DNA of 63,258 bases from assembly GCA_038205745.1 (NCBI GenBank), contig JBBRBM010000006.1:1-63258 (forward strand). Reading direction: 5' to 3'. Below, piece after piece: positions 10,056 through 19,322 of this stretch. The notes below the pieces were generated by a model that had not been told where the DNA came from, made no database searches, and saw nothing but the letters and a program-made list of their open reading frames with translations. This stretch comes from Verrucomicrobiota bacterium (GTDB lineage Bacteria > Verrucomicrobiota > Verrucomicrobiia > Limisphaerales > SIBH01). The position numbers were made by a program, and so were the translations under genes. The stretch's first letter is position 1; each line of letters begins with the position of its first letter.

Positions 10056-11071
10056 AAAAACACATCACCGCCATGGTCGGCTTGCTCGTGACCGGAGTCG
10101 CGCTATCCGCCGCCGAACCGCTCCGCTACGCCGTCTCCTGAGTGGGCAACTCGTTTTCCGGCGCGAGCAACCGGTGGGTGCAGAATTTCTTCATCCACAC
10201 CAAGGTCCAGCCGGACGGCACGGTGAACACCTGGAGCCATTGGGACGAGGGCGGGAAGAAGTTCGGCGTTTACCAGGACGGCGACGTTATCGGCAACACC
10301 AACGTGAACCCGAACAGCCTCGCCGTGCAGGACAAGGCGTGGCGCGGGTGGAAGATCGAGTTCGATTAGGTGGAGCCGAAGTTCCACGAATACGACTTCA
10401 AGCCGAAGGGTATCACCTGCGACGGCGTGCTGGTGAAGTTCCCAGATTTGTTCGAGCCGATGGCGCTCGCACTCGCGAACGATGGGCAACTGATGGTCGC
10501 CGATTCGCAGACGAGTCCGCGACAGCAGGTGTTGTTCTACGATGTCACCGACATGACGAAGCCCAAGCTCACGCGCGTCTTCGGCGATTACAGCGGCATC
10601 GCCAGCGGCAAGCCGGGCGAAGTGACGCCGACGAAGTTCTGGGGCATTCGCGGCATCGGCATGGACGCGGCGGGGAACATCTACGTCGCGATGAGTGAGA
10701 TGGGTTCGTGCCTGCGCAAGTTTTCGCCGGACGGCAAACTGCTCTGGGAGTTGCGCGGGACGACCACCAAGCTGATCGACCCTTTCCAGATTCGCCTCAA
10801 CTCGGATGTTCCCTATCCCGAAACCAACGTCCGCTACTTTCTCGCGGACATGTATCTCGGAGGCTCGCGCGACTTCTATCACCGCACCGCCGAGGCCGCG
10901 CACGAAATGGGCTGCAAGGAAGCCGTGGCGCGCTTCGATGCCGGCGTAGGTATCACCAACCTTGACCAGTTCGAGCGCAAGAAGTTGGATGGGAAGGTCA
11001 TCATAACGCGCAAAGGATACAATGAACGCATCAGCGGCATGGCCGTGAAACTCAGCACTGACCTCGAATGA
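10052..11071 (+). pseudogene. Secreted NHL/beta-propeller protein interrupted by two in-frame stops, probably fused to an unrelated C-terminus
   Basis: One frame: MKKHITAMVG...YAVS*(TGA 10139)VGNSFSG...KIEFD*(TAG 10367)VEPKFHE...GIGMDAAGNIYVA...KFSPDGKLLWEL. Confidence 0.75.
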
Positions 11072-11739
11072 ATTCTGCCCAGAACTCAAACACCCTGACC
11101 TTCGTCTTCCTGCTCCTGGGTTGCGGTGCTCTCACCGCTGCGGATCTCACCGGCCACAAGCTGCTCCTCACCTCCGTCCGCACGGGCAACACGGAAGTCT
11201 TCATTGTCGATCCCGAAACCGGCGACGCCCAAAACGTCTCGCGCTCACCGAAGTCCGAGGACCGTTATCCGTGCTGGTCGCCGGATGGAAAGCGCATCTG
11301 CTTCCTGTCGGATCGCGCGGGTGCGACCAATCTTTGGATCGCAAACGCCGACGGTTCAAAAGTGCGCCGGCTCAACCGCACGCCCGCCGTCTGCTACTTC
11401 GGCAAGCACGGCGACAAGCCGGAGATGGCGAGCATCAAGCCAGACGGTTCAGGCGAGGAAATGTTTGGCGTCGGCCATGACCCGACGCTTTCGCCGGACG
11501 GCAAATTGATTTGTTACACCGGCGAAGTTCCCGGCGGCGTGAGTGTGTTCGTGATGAACCATGACGGGACGAACAAGCGGCGCATCGTCGAAGCCAAGAG
11601 CCAAGTTGGAGCAACGTTTCCGAATTGGTCGCCCGATTCGCGACGGATCGTCTATTCGTTCCCGGGCGCCGCGCTGGACTGGGTTCTGGTGTTGGATGAC
11701 AGCACCAAGAACTTTCCACCACCATGTCAGGGATTGTGA
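11068..11739 (+). pseudogene. TolB/PD40-repeat protein, truncated and apparently fused to a DUF4038-type C-terminus
   Basis: PCWSPDGKRI, PTLSPDGK and PNWSPDSRRI repeats; ends DWVLVLDDSTKNFPPP. Confidence 0.55.
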
Positions 11740-12767
11740 AGCAACAAGGCTCGATTTCCGTGGACGCGTCTCGCGGCACGAAGCTGGGCGAATCCCGGCA
11801 GGAATCGACTCCACTTAGCGAGTTGCTCGTTCTGGCAAAACAGTTGCGCTTCGAGCCGCACGAGATCAGCCACGCGCTGGATCGTACGGGACGTTACGAC
11901 CTGGAACTCGACCGCGAGTTTCTCTTTGTCATCAAGCTGTTCCATTACACCTCGGAACATTTCACGCGAGGAGCGACGTGGCATGAGCGATTGGAATTGT
12001 TTCTTCCGCTCGATGGCGGCGTGCGGTTTCGCGTGGGCGATCAGGAAATGGAAATCAATGCCGGCGATCTCCTGGTGGTGGACAATCTCAAGTTGCATCA
12101 GGTAAATGATTTCCCCGGCTTCGACTCGCGCGTCGTCGTGATCAGCTTCATGCGGGAGTTTGTTTACAGCCTTGGATCACCGGCCCACGACCATGCGTTT
12201 CTGTTGCCGTTCGATGCGAAGCTGGAGGGTCAGTCCCACGTGTTGCGTCCCACTGATTCACAAGCGTGTGCTGCGTATCAGGATTTGGCGGAGTTGTTGC
12301 AGTGTTACTTCGAGCGGCCACCGCTCTTCCAGGCTGGATGCAAAGCCTTGCTCCTGCGATTGCTCCATCGATTGGCGCAACGGTTTCAAAGTTCGGAAAT
12401 GTTGCGCGCTGATTTTCTGCAACAGCAGGAGCGGGCGGAGCAATTGAGGAAATTACTGGCGCACATTGAAACGCACTACGCCGAGCGCCTGTCCCTCGAA
12501 GACGCCGCCCGCATGGCGGGGATGAGTCCGTCCAGTTTTATCAAGGCTTTCAAGCGCGTCGCCGGAATGACGTTCGTGACTTACGTGACCCACGTTCGAC
12601 TTTCCCGCGCGGCGCAATTGTTGCGGGAAACAACTCGCCAGATGGCGGAGGTCGCGGCGATCACTGGCTTCGCCGACCAAAGCTATTTTGTCCGCCAGTT
12701 CCGCAAGCATTTCGGCCAGACGCCGAGTGCGTATCGGCACGCGCACACGGGCAAGCCGCCTTCCTGA
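11724..12767 (+). CDS. AraC family transcriptional regulator with cupin sensor domain
   Basis: WHERLELF cupin; LSLEDAARMAGMS...FKRVAG; GFADQSYFVRQFRKHFGQTPSAYR. Exact start uncertain. Confidence 0.9.
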   Translation: MSGIVKQQGSISVDASRGTKLGESRQESTPLSELLVLAKQLRFEPHEISHALDRTGRYDLELDREFLFVIKLFHYTSEHFTRGATWHERLELFLPLDGGVRFRVGDQEMEINAGDLLVVDNLKLHQVNDFPGFDSRVVVISFMREFVYSLGSPAHDHAFLLPFDAKLEGQSHVLRPTDSQACAAYQDLAELLQCYFERPPLFQAGCKALLLRLLHRLAQRFQSSEMLRADFLQQQERAEQLRKLLAHIETHYAERLSLEDAARMAGMSPSSFIKAFKRVAGMTFVTYVTHVRLSRAAQLLRETTRQMAEVAAITGFADQSYFVRQFRKHFGQTPSAYRHAHTGKPPS

Positions 12768-12852
12768 GCGGGATCAACCCCGTCAAAAATCGTCCAAAAG
12801 TTTTACCGGATCGTTCTATCGAAGCGGGCTGCGCGCGGGTTACTGCTCAAAC

Positions 12853-15800
12853 GTGTCACCCAGTCCTTTCAATGCGAAGTGCTGTCGTTTGCTTGCGGCG
12901 TTGTTACTGACGACGCAACTCGCAGTCCGGGCGGACACGACTCTCGTGTTCAACGAGGTCATGTATCACCCCGCCACCAATGAGCCTGCGATGGAATGGG
13001 TGGAGCTCTACAACCAACTCGCGGTGGACCTCGATGTGTCGGGCTGGAGCATCACGGGAGACATCGGCTTTGTGTTCCCGGCAGGCACGAAGGTTTCGGG
13101 CCGGAGCCACATCGTCGTGGCGATCAATCCCGCAGCGCTCACCGCAGCGACCGGCTTGGGCAATGTCTTCGGCCCATTTACCAATCGATTGTCCAATGCC
13201 AATGGCACGTTGCGCCTGCGCAACAACAACGGCCGCGTCATGGACGAACTGTCGTACGGGACGGAAGATGAATGGCCGGTCGCTCCGGATGGCGCGGGAC
13301 CGTCGTTAGCGAAGGCGGATGAAGACTTCGGCACCGCTGAGCCGGCGAACTGGCGCGCGAGCCTCCAGATCGGCGGCACGCCCGGCGCGATCAATATCCC
13401 GCGCGCGACTTCGTCGATCATCACGCGCACACATGTTCCGCTCGATCAGTTTTGGAAGTACGATCAGTCCGGTACCGACCTTGGTACGGCTTGGAAGGAA
13501 CCCGGTTTTGATGATTCGGCGTGGCCCTCGGGCCGCGGTGTGCTGGCGCGGGAGGACAACAGCTCCATCACGCCGTTGATGAACACGGTCCTTGTCCTGA
13601 GCAACGCGGCCAACCAGCGCATCTTCACCTACTACTTCCGCACGCAATTCGCATTCACCAACAACCCCGCTGACTTCACCTTCTCCGCCGCGAACCTGCT
13701 GGATGACGGCGCGGTCGTGTATCTGAACGGTGCCGAGATCTATCGCTACCGTCTCGCGACGAACCAGAACTACCTCACGCTCGCGACGAACCAGGCGAAC
13801 GAAGGAGGGTTTGAAACGATTACCATCCCGAGTTCGGCGTTCGTGCAGGGAACCAACGTCCTCGCGGCGGAAGTGCATCAGGTGAACGACGGAAGCTCCG
13901 ACTTGGTGTTCGGTTTGCGCCTCGACGATGTGACAACCGTGACGAACACGCCCAGCGGTTCGGCGACCAACCTGCCCATCGTGTTCAACGAGATGTCTTC
14001 GGTCACGAACGCGCAGTTCTGGGTCGAGTTGATCAATCTCAGCACGCAGCCCGTCACGCTCGATGGCTGTGTGTTGACGCGTTTCGGCAATCCGACGAAT
14101 CGCGAATACGTCATTCCATCCGCCAACATTCCGCCGGGCGGCTTCGTCGTGCTCGATCGCGCGACGCTGGGTTTTGGCGCCGATCCCGGAGATCGGGTGG
14201 TGCTTTACGCGCCGGGCAAAACAGCAGTGCTCGACGCGTTGGTGGCAAAAAGTTTTCCGCGCGCACGCCTCCCGGATGGCACGGGCGAATGGTTGCGTCC
14301 GAGTCCGACAACGCCGGGCGCTTCGAACCAATTCGCGCTGCACACCGAGATCGTGATCAACGAGATCATGTACCGCCACAAACCATTTCCCTCCGTGAAC
14401 GGGCTGCCGCCCGAGGACAATCCCGAGGAATGGATCGAGTTATTTAATCGCAGTGGCAACGCGGTGAGCCTCACGGGCTGGAGCTTGAGCGGCGGGATCG
14501 GTTTTCAGTTTCCCGACAACAAGGTCATTGCGCCGGGCGCGTATCTTGTTGTGGCCAAGGAGGCGAATTCATTGCGCGCCATTTATCCGACCATCGACAT
14601 CGTGGGGAACTTCAGCGGCAAGCTCTCCTCCAGCGGCGAACGCGTCCTGCTCAAGGATACTACCGGCAACCCCGCGGACGTGGTGCGCTACTATTCGGGC
14701 GGGCGCTGGGCCGAAGCCGCGGGCGGCGGCGGGTCCAGCCTCGAGTTGCGCGATGCGAACGCCGACAACACCAAGGCCGAGTCCTGGGCCGCGAGCGACG
14801 AGTCCGCCAAATCTTTGTGGCAGACCTACTCCTATCAGATGGTGGCGCAGCCCAGCCTCACGGACAATCCCGACGGGGTGTGGGCGCAGTTTCTTCTGGG
14901 CTTACTGTCCGAAGGGGAATGCCTGATTGACGACATCCGCGTCCTGCAGTCTCCGACGAACAATCCGGTCTCGTTGCTCAGCAACGGCGATTTCGAGAAT
15001 GGTCAGACGGGCTGGCGCGTGCTGGGGACGCATTCCGCCAGCCAGGTGATTTCCGAACCGGGCAACCCCGGCAACCATGTGCTGCGCGTCGTGGCCACCG
15101 GCCCGCAGGAGCACATGAACAATCACATCGAAACCACGCTGGCGAATGGCCAGACCGTGGTGAATGGACTGCTTTACGAGATTTCCTACCGGGCGAAGTG
15201 GGTGTCGGGGAACAGCCTCCTCAACACGCGCTTTTGGTTTAACCGCGTGGCGCGCACCATGGAACTGGCCGCGCCGCAGAACAATGGTACGCCGGGCGCG
15301 CGCAATTCCCGCTACGAGGCCAACGTCGGGCCGACGTTCGCGCAGTTCCAGCACCAGCCGGTGGTGCCGGCGGCGAACGCGCCGGTCACGGTGTCCGTGC
15401 AGGCGCAAGACGCGCAGGGTGTGACGAACTGCCAGGTGTTCTGGTCCGCGGCGGGCGGGGCGTTCTCATCCGCGCCCATGACCCTCCAGCCGGGCGGGTT
15501 TTTTGTCGGCACGATCCCGGGCTTCGTCGCGAGCACCGTTGTGCAGTTCTACGTGCGGGCGGTGGACGGCCAGGGGGCGGTGGCCACCTTCCCGGCGCGC
15601 GGTGCCAATGGCGGCGCGCTTTACAAGGTCAATGACGGCCAGGCCAATGTTGCCCTGGTGCATAACTTCCGCATCATCACCAGCCCGGCGAACGCCGCGC
15701 TCCTGCACGCCGACACGAACCTGATGAGCAACGATAATCTCCCCTGCACGCTCATCTACGACGAGCGCATCGCCTACTATGACGTGGGACTGCGCCTCAA

Positions 15801-18800
15801 GGGGAGCATGTACGCCCGGCCCAACTCGTCGCGCGTCGGGTTCCATCTGGCCTTCCAACCGGACGAGTTGTTCCGCGGCGTGCATCCCGCGATGGGGATG
15901 GACCGGCGCCCCGGAGACAATTCACCCGTGAACGAGGAAATCGTCGTCCGTCACGTCGCCCACGCGGCCGGCGGTGTGCCGGCCATGTATCTGGACCCGG
16001 TTCGGGTGCTGTCTCCGCGCGGGACGGAAAACGGCCCGGCGCTGATCACGCCGAGCTACGAGGATGAATTCATCGCAACCGCCTTCGAAAATGGCGGCGA
16101 TGGGACGCTCTTCGAGATGGACGGCACTTACTACGCCACCAGCGCGAACGCCGCCGGATACAAACTTCCTGGTGGCTCCAGCGGGACGCAGTACCGAGAC
16201 TTTGCTGACTGGGGCAACAACAAGGAAGTCTATCGCTACCATTACATCCGCAAGAACCATCACAACCAGGACAACTACTCACCGCTCATCACCCTGGCCA
16301 AGGCGTTCACCCTCAGCGGCACGGCATTGGAGACGCAGACGCGCCAGTTGATGGACATGGACGAATGGTTGCGTGCCTACGCGGTCCTCACCCTCTGCGG
16401 GGTGAACGACACCTACAGCTTCTGGCTCCAGCACAACATGATGTTCTATTTCCGACCGGGGGATAACAAAGCCGTGTACTTAATGTGGGACAGCGATTTC
16501 TCGTTTGCCCGCCCGGCCACGGACGTGATCGTCGGCGACCAGAACCTGGGGAAAATCGTCAACCTCCCGTCGAACCTGCGCGTGCTCTACGCCCAGATGC
16601 TCGACATCATGGACACGACTTACAACACCACCTACATGGCCTACTGGCTCGCGCACTACGGCCCGTTGTCCGGCACGAGCTACAATCGATTGACCTACAT
16701 CCAGCAACGCACGGACTACGTGAAAAGTGTGATTGCTGGCGCCGGCGGCAATGCGGCGTTCAGCGTCAGCGCCACCAACCTCACTGTCACGGGCAGCAAT
16801 CTCGTCACGCTTTCCGGCATCGCGCCAGTGCGGGTGAAGACAATCACGATCAACGGTGTGGCCTGGCCGGTGACGTGGAGCACGCTGACAGGTTGGACGG
16901 TTCGCATTCCCGCCAACGCAGCGACGAACACGCTTCAGATCGAAGGCCGCGACGTGAACGGCAATCTCGTGACGAACACGAGTGTCACCGCGACTGCCGT
17001 AGTGAACGCAACTCCCGAGCCGGCAGCGGGCAATCTGATTTTCAACGAAATCATGTTTCACCCGACGGTTCCCGGCGGTGAATACGTGGAGATTTACAAT
17101 CGCGCCACGAACACCACGTTCGACCTTTCGAGTTGGCGCGTGAATGGACTCGATTACACGTTCCCGCCGGGAAGCTCGATCGGGCCACGGAGCTATCTGG
17201 TGCTGGCGAGGTATCGAATCGTTTACACCGCGACGTACGGCGGCACCGTTCCGTTCGGCGAATTCGACGGCGATTTTCAGCACAACGGTGAAACCATCTC
17301 GCTGATTCGCCCCGGTGCGACGCCCGACCAGGACCTCGCCGTGGATCGCGTACGTTATGAAGGTACCCTGCCGTGGCCTGCCGCTGCTGCGAGTGGCACG
17401 GGCTCGTCCTTTCAGTTGATCGACGCGAGCCAGGACAACAGTCGCGTGGGGAACTGGGCGGCGCGCTACATCCCGGCGGTTTTCCAGAACGAAGAATTTA
17501 TTCCCGCGATCACGAACGTCGGTTGGCGCTTCGTGAGCTTCAGCGGGAGCATTGGAAACGGCATCGGCTCGGGCCAGCAGCGGCTGTTGATTTACCTCGG
17601 CGAGACGAACGGCGCGAACGCGATCATCGATGACGTCTCACTCGTCGCAGGCACCAACGCTGCCAGCGGCTTCAACTACATCCGCAATGGCGATTTCGAA
17701 TCGTCGCCGCTGCTGGACAGTTCGCCGCTCACGAACAGTTGGGTGGTGAACGTGAACTACACGAACTCCGCGATCACCAGCACGCTGACGCATTCCGGGA
17801 ACGGCGCGTTGCGAATCGAGGCCACCACGTTCGGCAATGCGTTCGGCCGAGTGATCTCGCAAAACATTTCGCCCGCGCCGCCGGCCATGAGCACGAACAC
17901 CTTGAGCTTCTGGTTCTGGTCCACCAACTCAGCCACGAACCTCATCGTGCGCGTCCAGAACAGTTCGGCGCTCACAACCGGATCGACGGGAACGAACATC
18001 AATCCCTCGATCACGCCTTCGAGTTACATCCCGCCGGTGCTGATCAGTCCGGCGACGAATTATCTAACACCAGGCGCGGCCAATCAGTTCACTGCGACAC
18101 TGCCGGCGTTCCCGACGTTGTGGATCAATGAGGTGCAGACGGAACATCTCGGTGCGTTGCTCGACAACCACGGCGACTCTGATCCGTGGATCGAACTCTA
18201 CAACGGCGGCACGAACACGATTTCGCTCGTCGGCCTGTATCTCTCGAGCAGTTACACGAACCTGACGAACTGGGTGTTCCCCGCGGGTTGGAGCATTGGG
18301 CCAACGCAGTTCCTCGTGATCTTTTGCGATGGCGAAGCTTCGGAGAGCGATGCGAATCAACTGCACACGAGTTTCCGTCTGCCGCTGACTTCGGGTTCGG
18401 TGGCGTTGTCGCGGCTGCACAACGGGCAGCCGCAAGTCATCGATTACATCAACTACTCTGGTCTCGCGACGAATCGCAGCTTCGGTTCGTTCCCGGACGG
18501 GCAGCCCTTTGATCGGCAGGAATTTTTCCATCTCACACCGGGCGCGACGAATGACGGACGCTCCGCGCCGCTCACTGTTTTCATCAACGAATGGATGGCT
18601 CAGAACAGCAGCACACTCGCCGACCCGGCGGACAATCAGTTCGAGGACTGGTTCGAGATCTACAATCCGAACACGAACGCCGTGGATCTGGCGGGCTATT
18701 TCCTGACCGACACGCTGACCAACAAGTTCCTGTTCGCGATCACGACGAACATGGCGCATGTGATCCCACCGCACGGTCGGCTGCTGGTGTGGGCGGACAA

Positions 18801-19278
18801 CGAGTCGCTCCAAAACGTCGTCAACGGCGTCATGAGCACGGACCTGCACGTGGACTTTGCGCTGAGTGTGAATGGAGAAGCGATCGGCCTGTTCGCCGCG
18901 GATGGAACGCAGGTGGACGCCGTCACTTTCGGACGACAAACGAACGATGTGAGCCAAGGCCGGAATCCAGACGGAAGCGCGACCATCTTCTTCATGCCCG
19001 GCTCCGCCTCGCCGCGCGCGGCGAACTATTTGAGCGGCGGCACCATCGCCCCGCGCTTCGCGCAAAGCATTCGCAACGGGAACAACGTGGAACTCTCGTG
19101 GTCGGCGCAGGCGGGACAAACCTACGTCATTGATTATACGGACGCGCTCCTCACCGCACCGTGGATTCCGCTGTGGACCAATGTGGCGGTTGGCAGTTCG
19201 ATCTCCTTTACCAACAGCATCACGAACGCGCCTCAACGTTTCTTCCGCATTCGCGCGGGACTGAATCCGGCGCCATGA
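12853..19278 (+). CDS. Large secreted multi-lamin-tail-domain / CotH kinase-like protein
   Basis: Repeated (F/I)NE(I/V)MYHP...EW(I/V)EL(Y/F)N lamin-tail motifs; CotH-like GLRLKGS, HNMMFY, LMWDSDFSF; C-terminal RFFRIR. Start GTG 12853 inferred from signal peptide. Confidence 0.85.
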   Translation: MSPSPFNAKCCRLLAALLLTTQLAVRADTTLVFNEVMYHPATNEPAMEWVELYNQLAVDLDVSGWSITGDIGFVFPAGTKVSGRSHIVVAINPAALTAATGLGNVFGPFTNRLSNANGTLRLRNNNGRVMDELSYGTEDEWPVAPDGAGPSLAKADEDFGTAEPANWRASLQIGGTPGAINIPRATSSIITRTHVPLDQFWKYDQSGTDLGTAWKEPGFDDSAWPSGRGVLAREDNSSITPLMNTVLVLSNAANQRIFTYYFRTQFAFTNNPADFTFSAANLLDDGAVVYLNGAEIYRYRLATNQNYLTLATNQANEGGFETITIPSSAFVQGTNVLAAEVHQVNDGSSDLVFGLRLDDVTTVTNTPSGSATNLPIVFNEMSSVTNAQFWVELINLSTQPVTLDGCVLTRFGNPTNREYVIPSANIPPGGFVVLDRATLGFGADPGDRVVLYAPGKTAVLDALVAKSFPRARLPDGTGEWLRPSPTTPGASNQFALHTEIVINEIMYRHKPFPSVNGLPPEDNPEEWIELFNRSGNAVSLTGWSLSGGIGFQFPDNKVIAPGAYLVVAKEANSLRAIYPTIDIVGNFSGKLSSSGERVLLKDTTGNPADVVRYYSGGRWAEAAGGGGSSLELRDANADNTKAESWAASDESAKSLWQTYSYQMVAQPSLTDNPDGVWAQFLLGLLSEGECLIDDIRVLQSPTNNPVSLLSNGDFENGQTGWRVLGTHSASQVISEPGNPGNHVLRVVATGPQEHMNNHIETTLANGQTVVNGLLYEISYRAKWVSGNSLLNTRFWFNRVARTMELAAPQNNGTPGARNSRYEANVGPTFAQFQHQPVVPAANAPVTVSVQAQDAQGVTNCQVFWSAAGGAFSSAPMTLQPGGFFVGTIPGFVASTVVQFYVRAVDGQGAVATFPARGANGGALYKVNDGQANVALVHNFRIITSPANAALLHADTNLMSNDNLPCTLIYDERIAYYDVGLRLKGSMYARPNSSRVGFHLAFQPDELFRGVHPAMGMDRRPGDNSPVNEEIVVRHVAHAAGGVPAMYLDPVRVLSPRGTENGPALITPSYEDEFIATAFENGGDGTLFEMDGTYYATSANAAGYKLPGGSSGTQYRDFADWGNNKEVYRYHYIRKNHHNQDNYSPLITLAKAFTLSGTALETQTRQLMDMDEWLRAYAVLTLCGVNDTYSFWLQHNMMFYFRPGDNKAVYLMWDSDFSFARPATDVIVGDQNLGKIVNLPSNLRVLYAQMLDIMDTTYNTTYMAYWLAHYGPLSGTSYNRLTYIQQRTDYVKSVIAGAGGNAAFSVSATNLTVTGSNLVTLSGIAPVRVKTITINGVAWPVTWSTLTGWTVRIPANAATNTLQIEGRDVNGNLVTNTSVTATAVVNATPEPAAGNLIFNEIMFHPTVPGGEYVEIYNRATNTTFDLSSWRVNGLDYTFPPGSSIGPRSYLVLARYRIVYTATYGGTVPFGEFDGDFQHNGETISLIRPGATPDQDLAVDRVRYEGTLPWPAAAASGTGSSFQLIDASQDNSRVGNWAARYIPAVFQNEEFIPAITNVGWRFVSFSGSIGNGIGSGQQRLLIYLGETNGANAIIDDVSLVAGTNAASGFNYIRNGDFESSPLLDSSPLTNSWVVNVNYTNSAITSTLTHSGNGALRIEATTFGNAFGRVISQNISPAPPAMSTNTLSFWFWSTNSATNLIVRVQNSSALTTGSTGTNINPSITPSSYIPPVLISPATNYLTPGAANQFTATLPAFPTLWINEVQTEHLGALLDNHGDSDPWIELYNGGTNTISLVGLYLSSSYTNLTNWVFPAGWSIGPTQFLVIFCDGEASESDANQLHTSFRLPLTSGSVALSRLHNGQPQVIDYINYSGLATNRSFGSFPDGQPFDRQEFFHLTPGATNDGRSAPLTVFINEWMAQNSSTLADPADNQFEDWFEIYNPNTNAVDLAGYFLTDTLTNKFLFAITTNMAHVIPPHGRLLVWADNESLQNVVNGVMSTDLHVDFALSVNGEAIGLFAADGTQVDAVTFGRQTNDVSQGRNPDGSATIFFMPGSASPRAANYLSGGTIAPRFAQSIRNGNNVELSWSAQAGQTYVIDYTDALLTAPWIPLWTNVAVGSSISFTNSITNAPQRFFRIRAGLNPAP

Positions 19279-19322
19279 AATTTCTCCCGCTCAGTGAACG
19301 CAAAACTCAGTAACCCACTGTT

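Noticed and set aside
10139-10369. Stop-codon recoding (TGA as Trp/Sec, TAG as Pyl) in the 10052-11071 frame
   Set aside because: TGA and TAG end many conserved genes in this window, neighbouring genes are also damaged, and no recoding machinery is visible.
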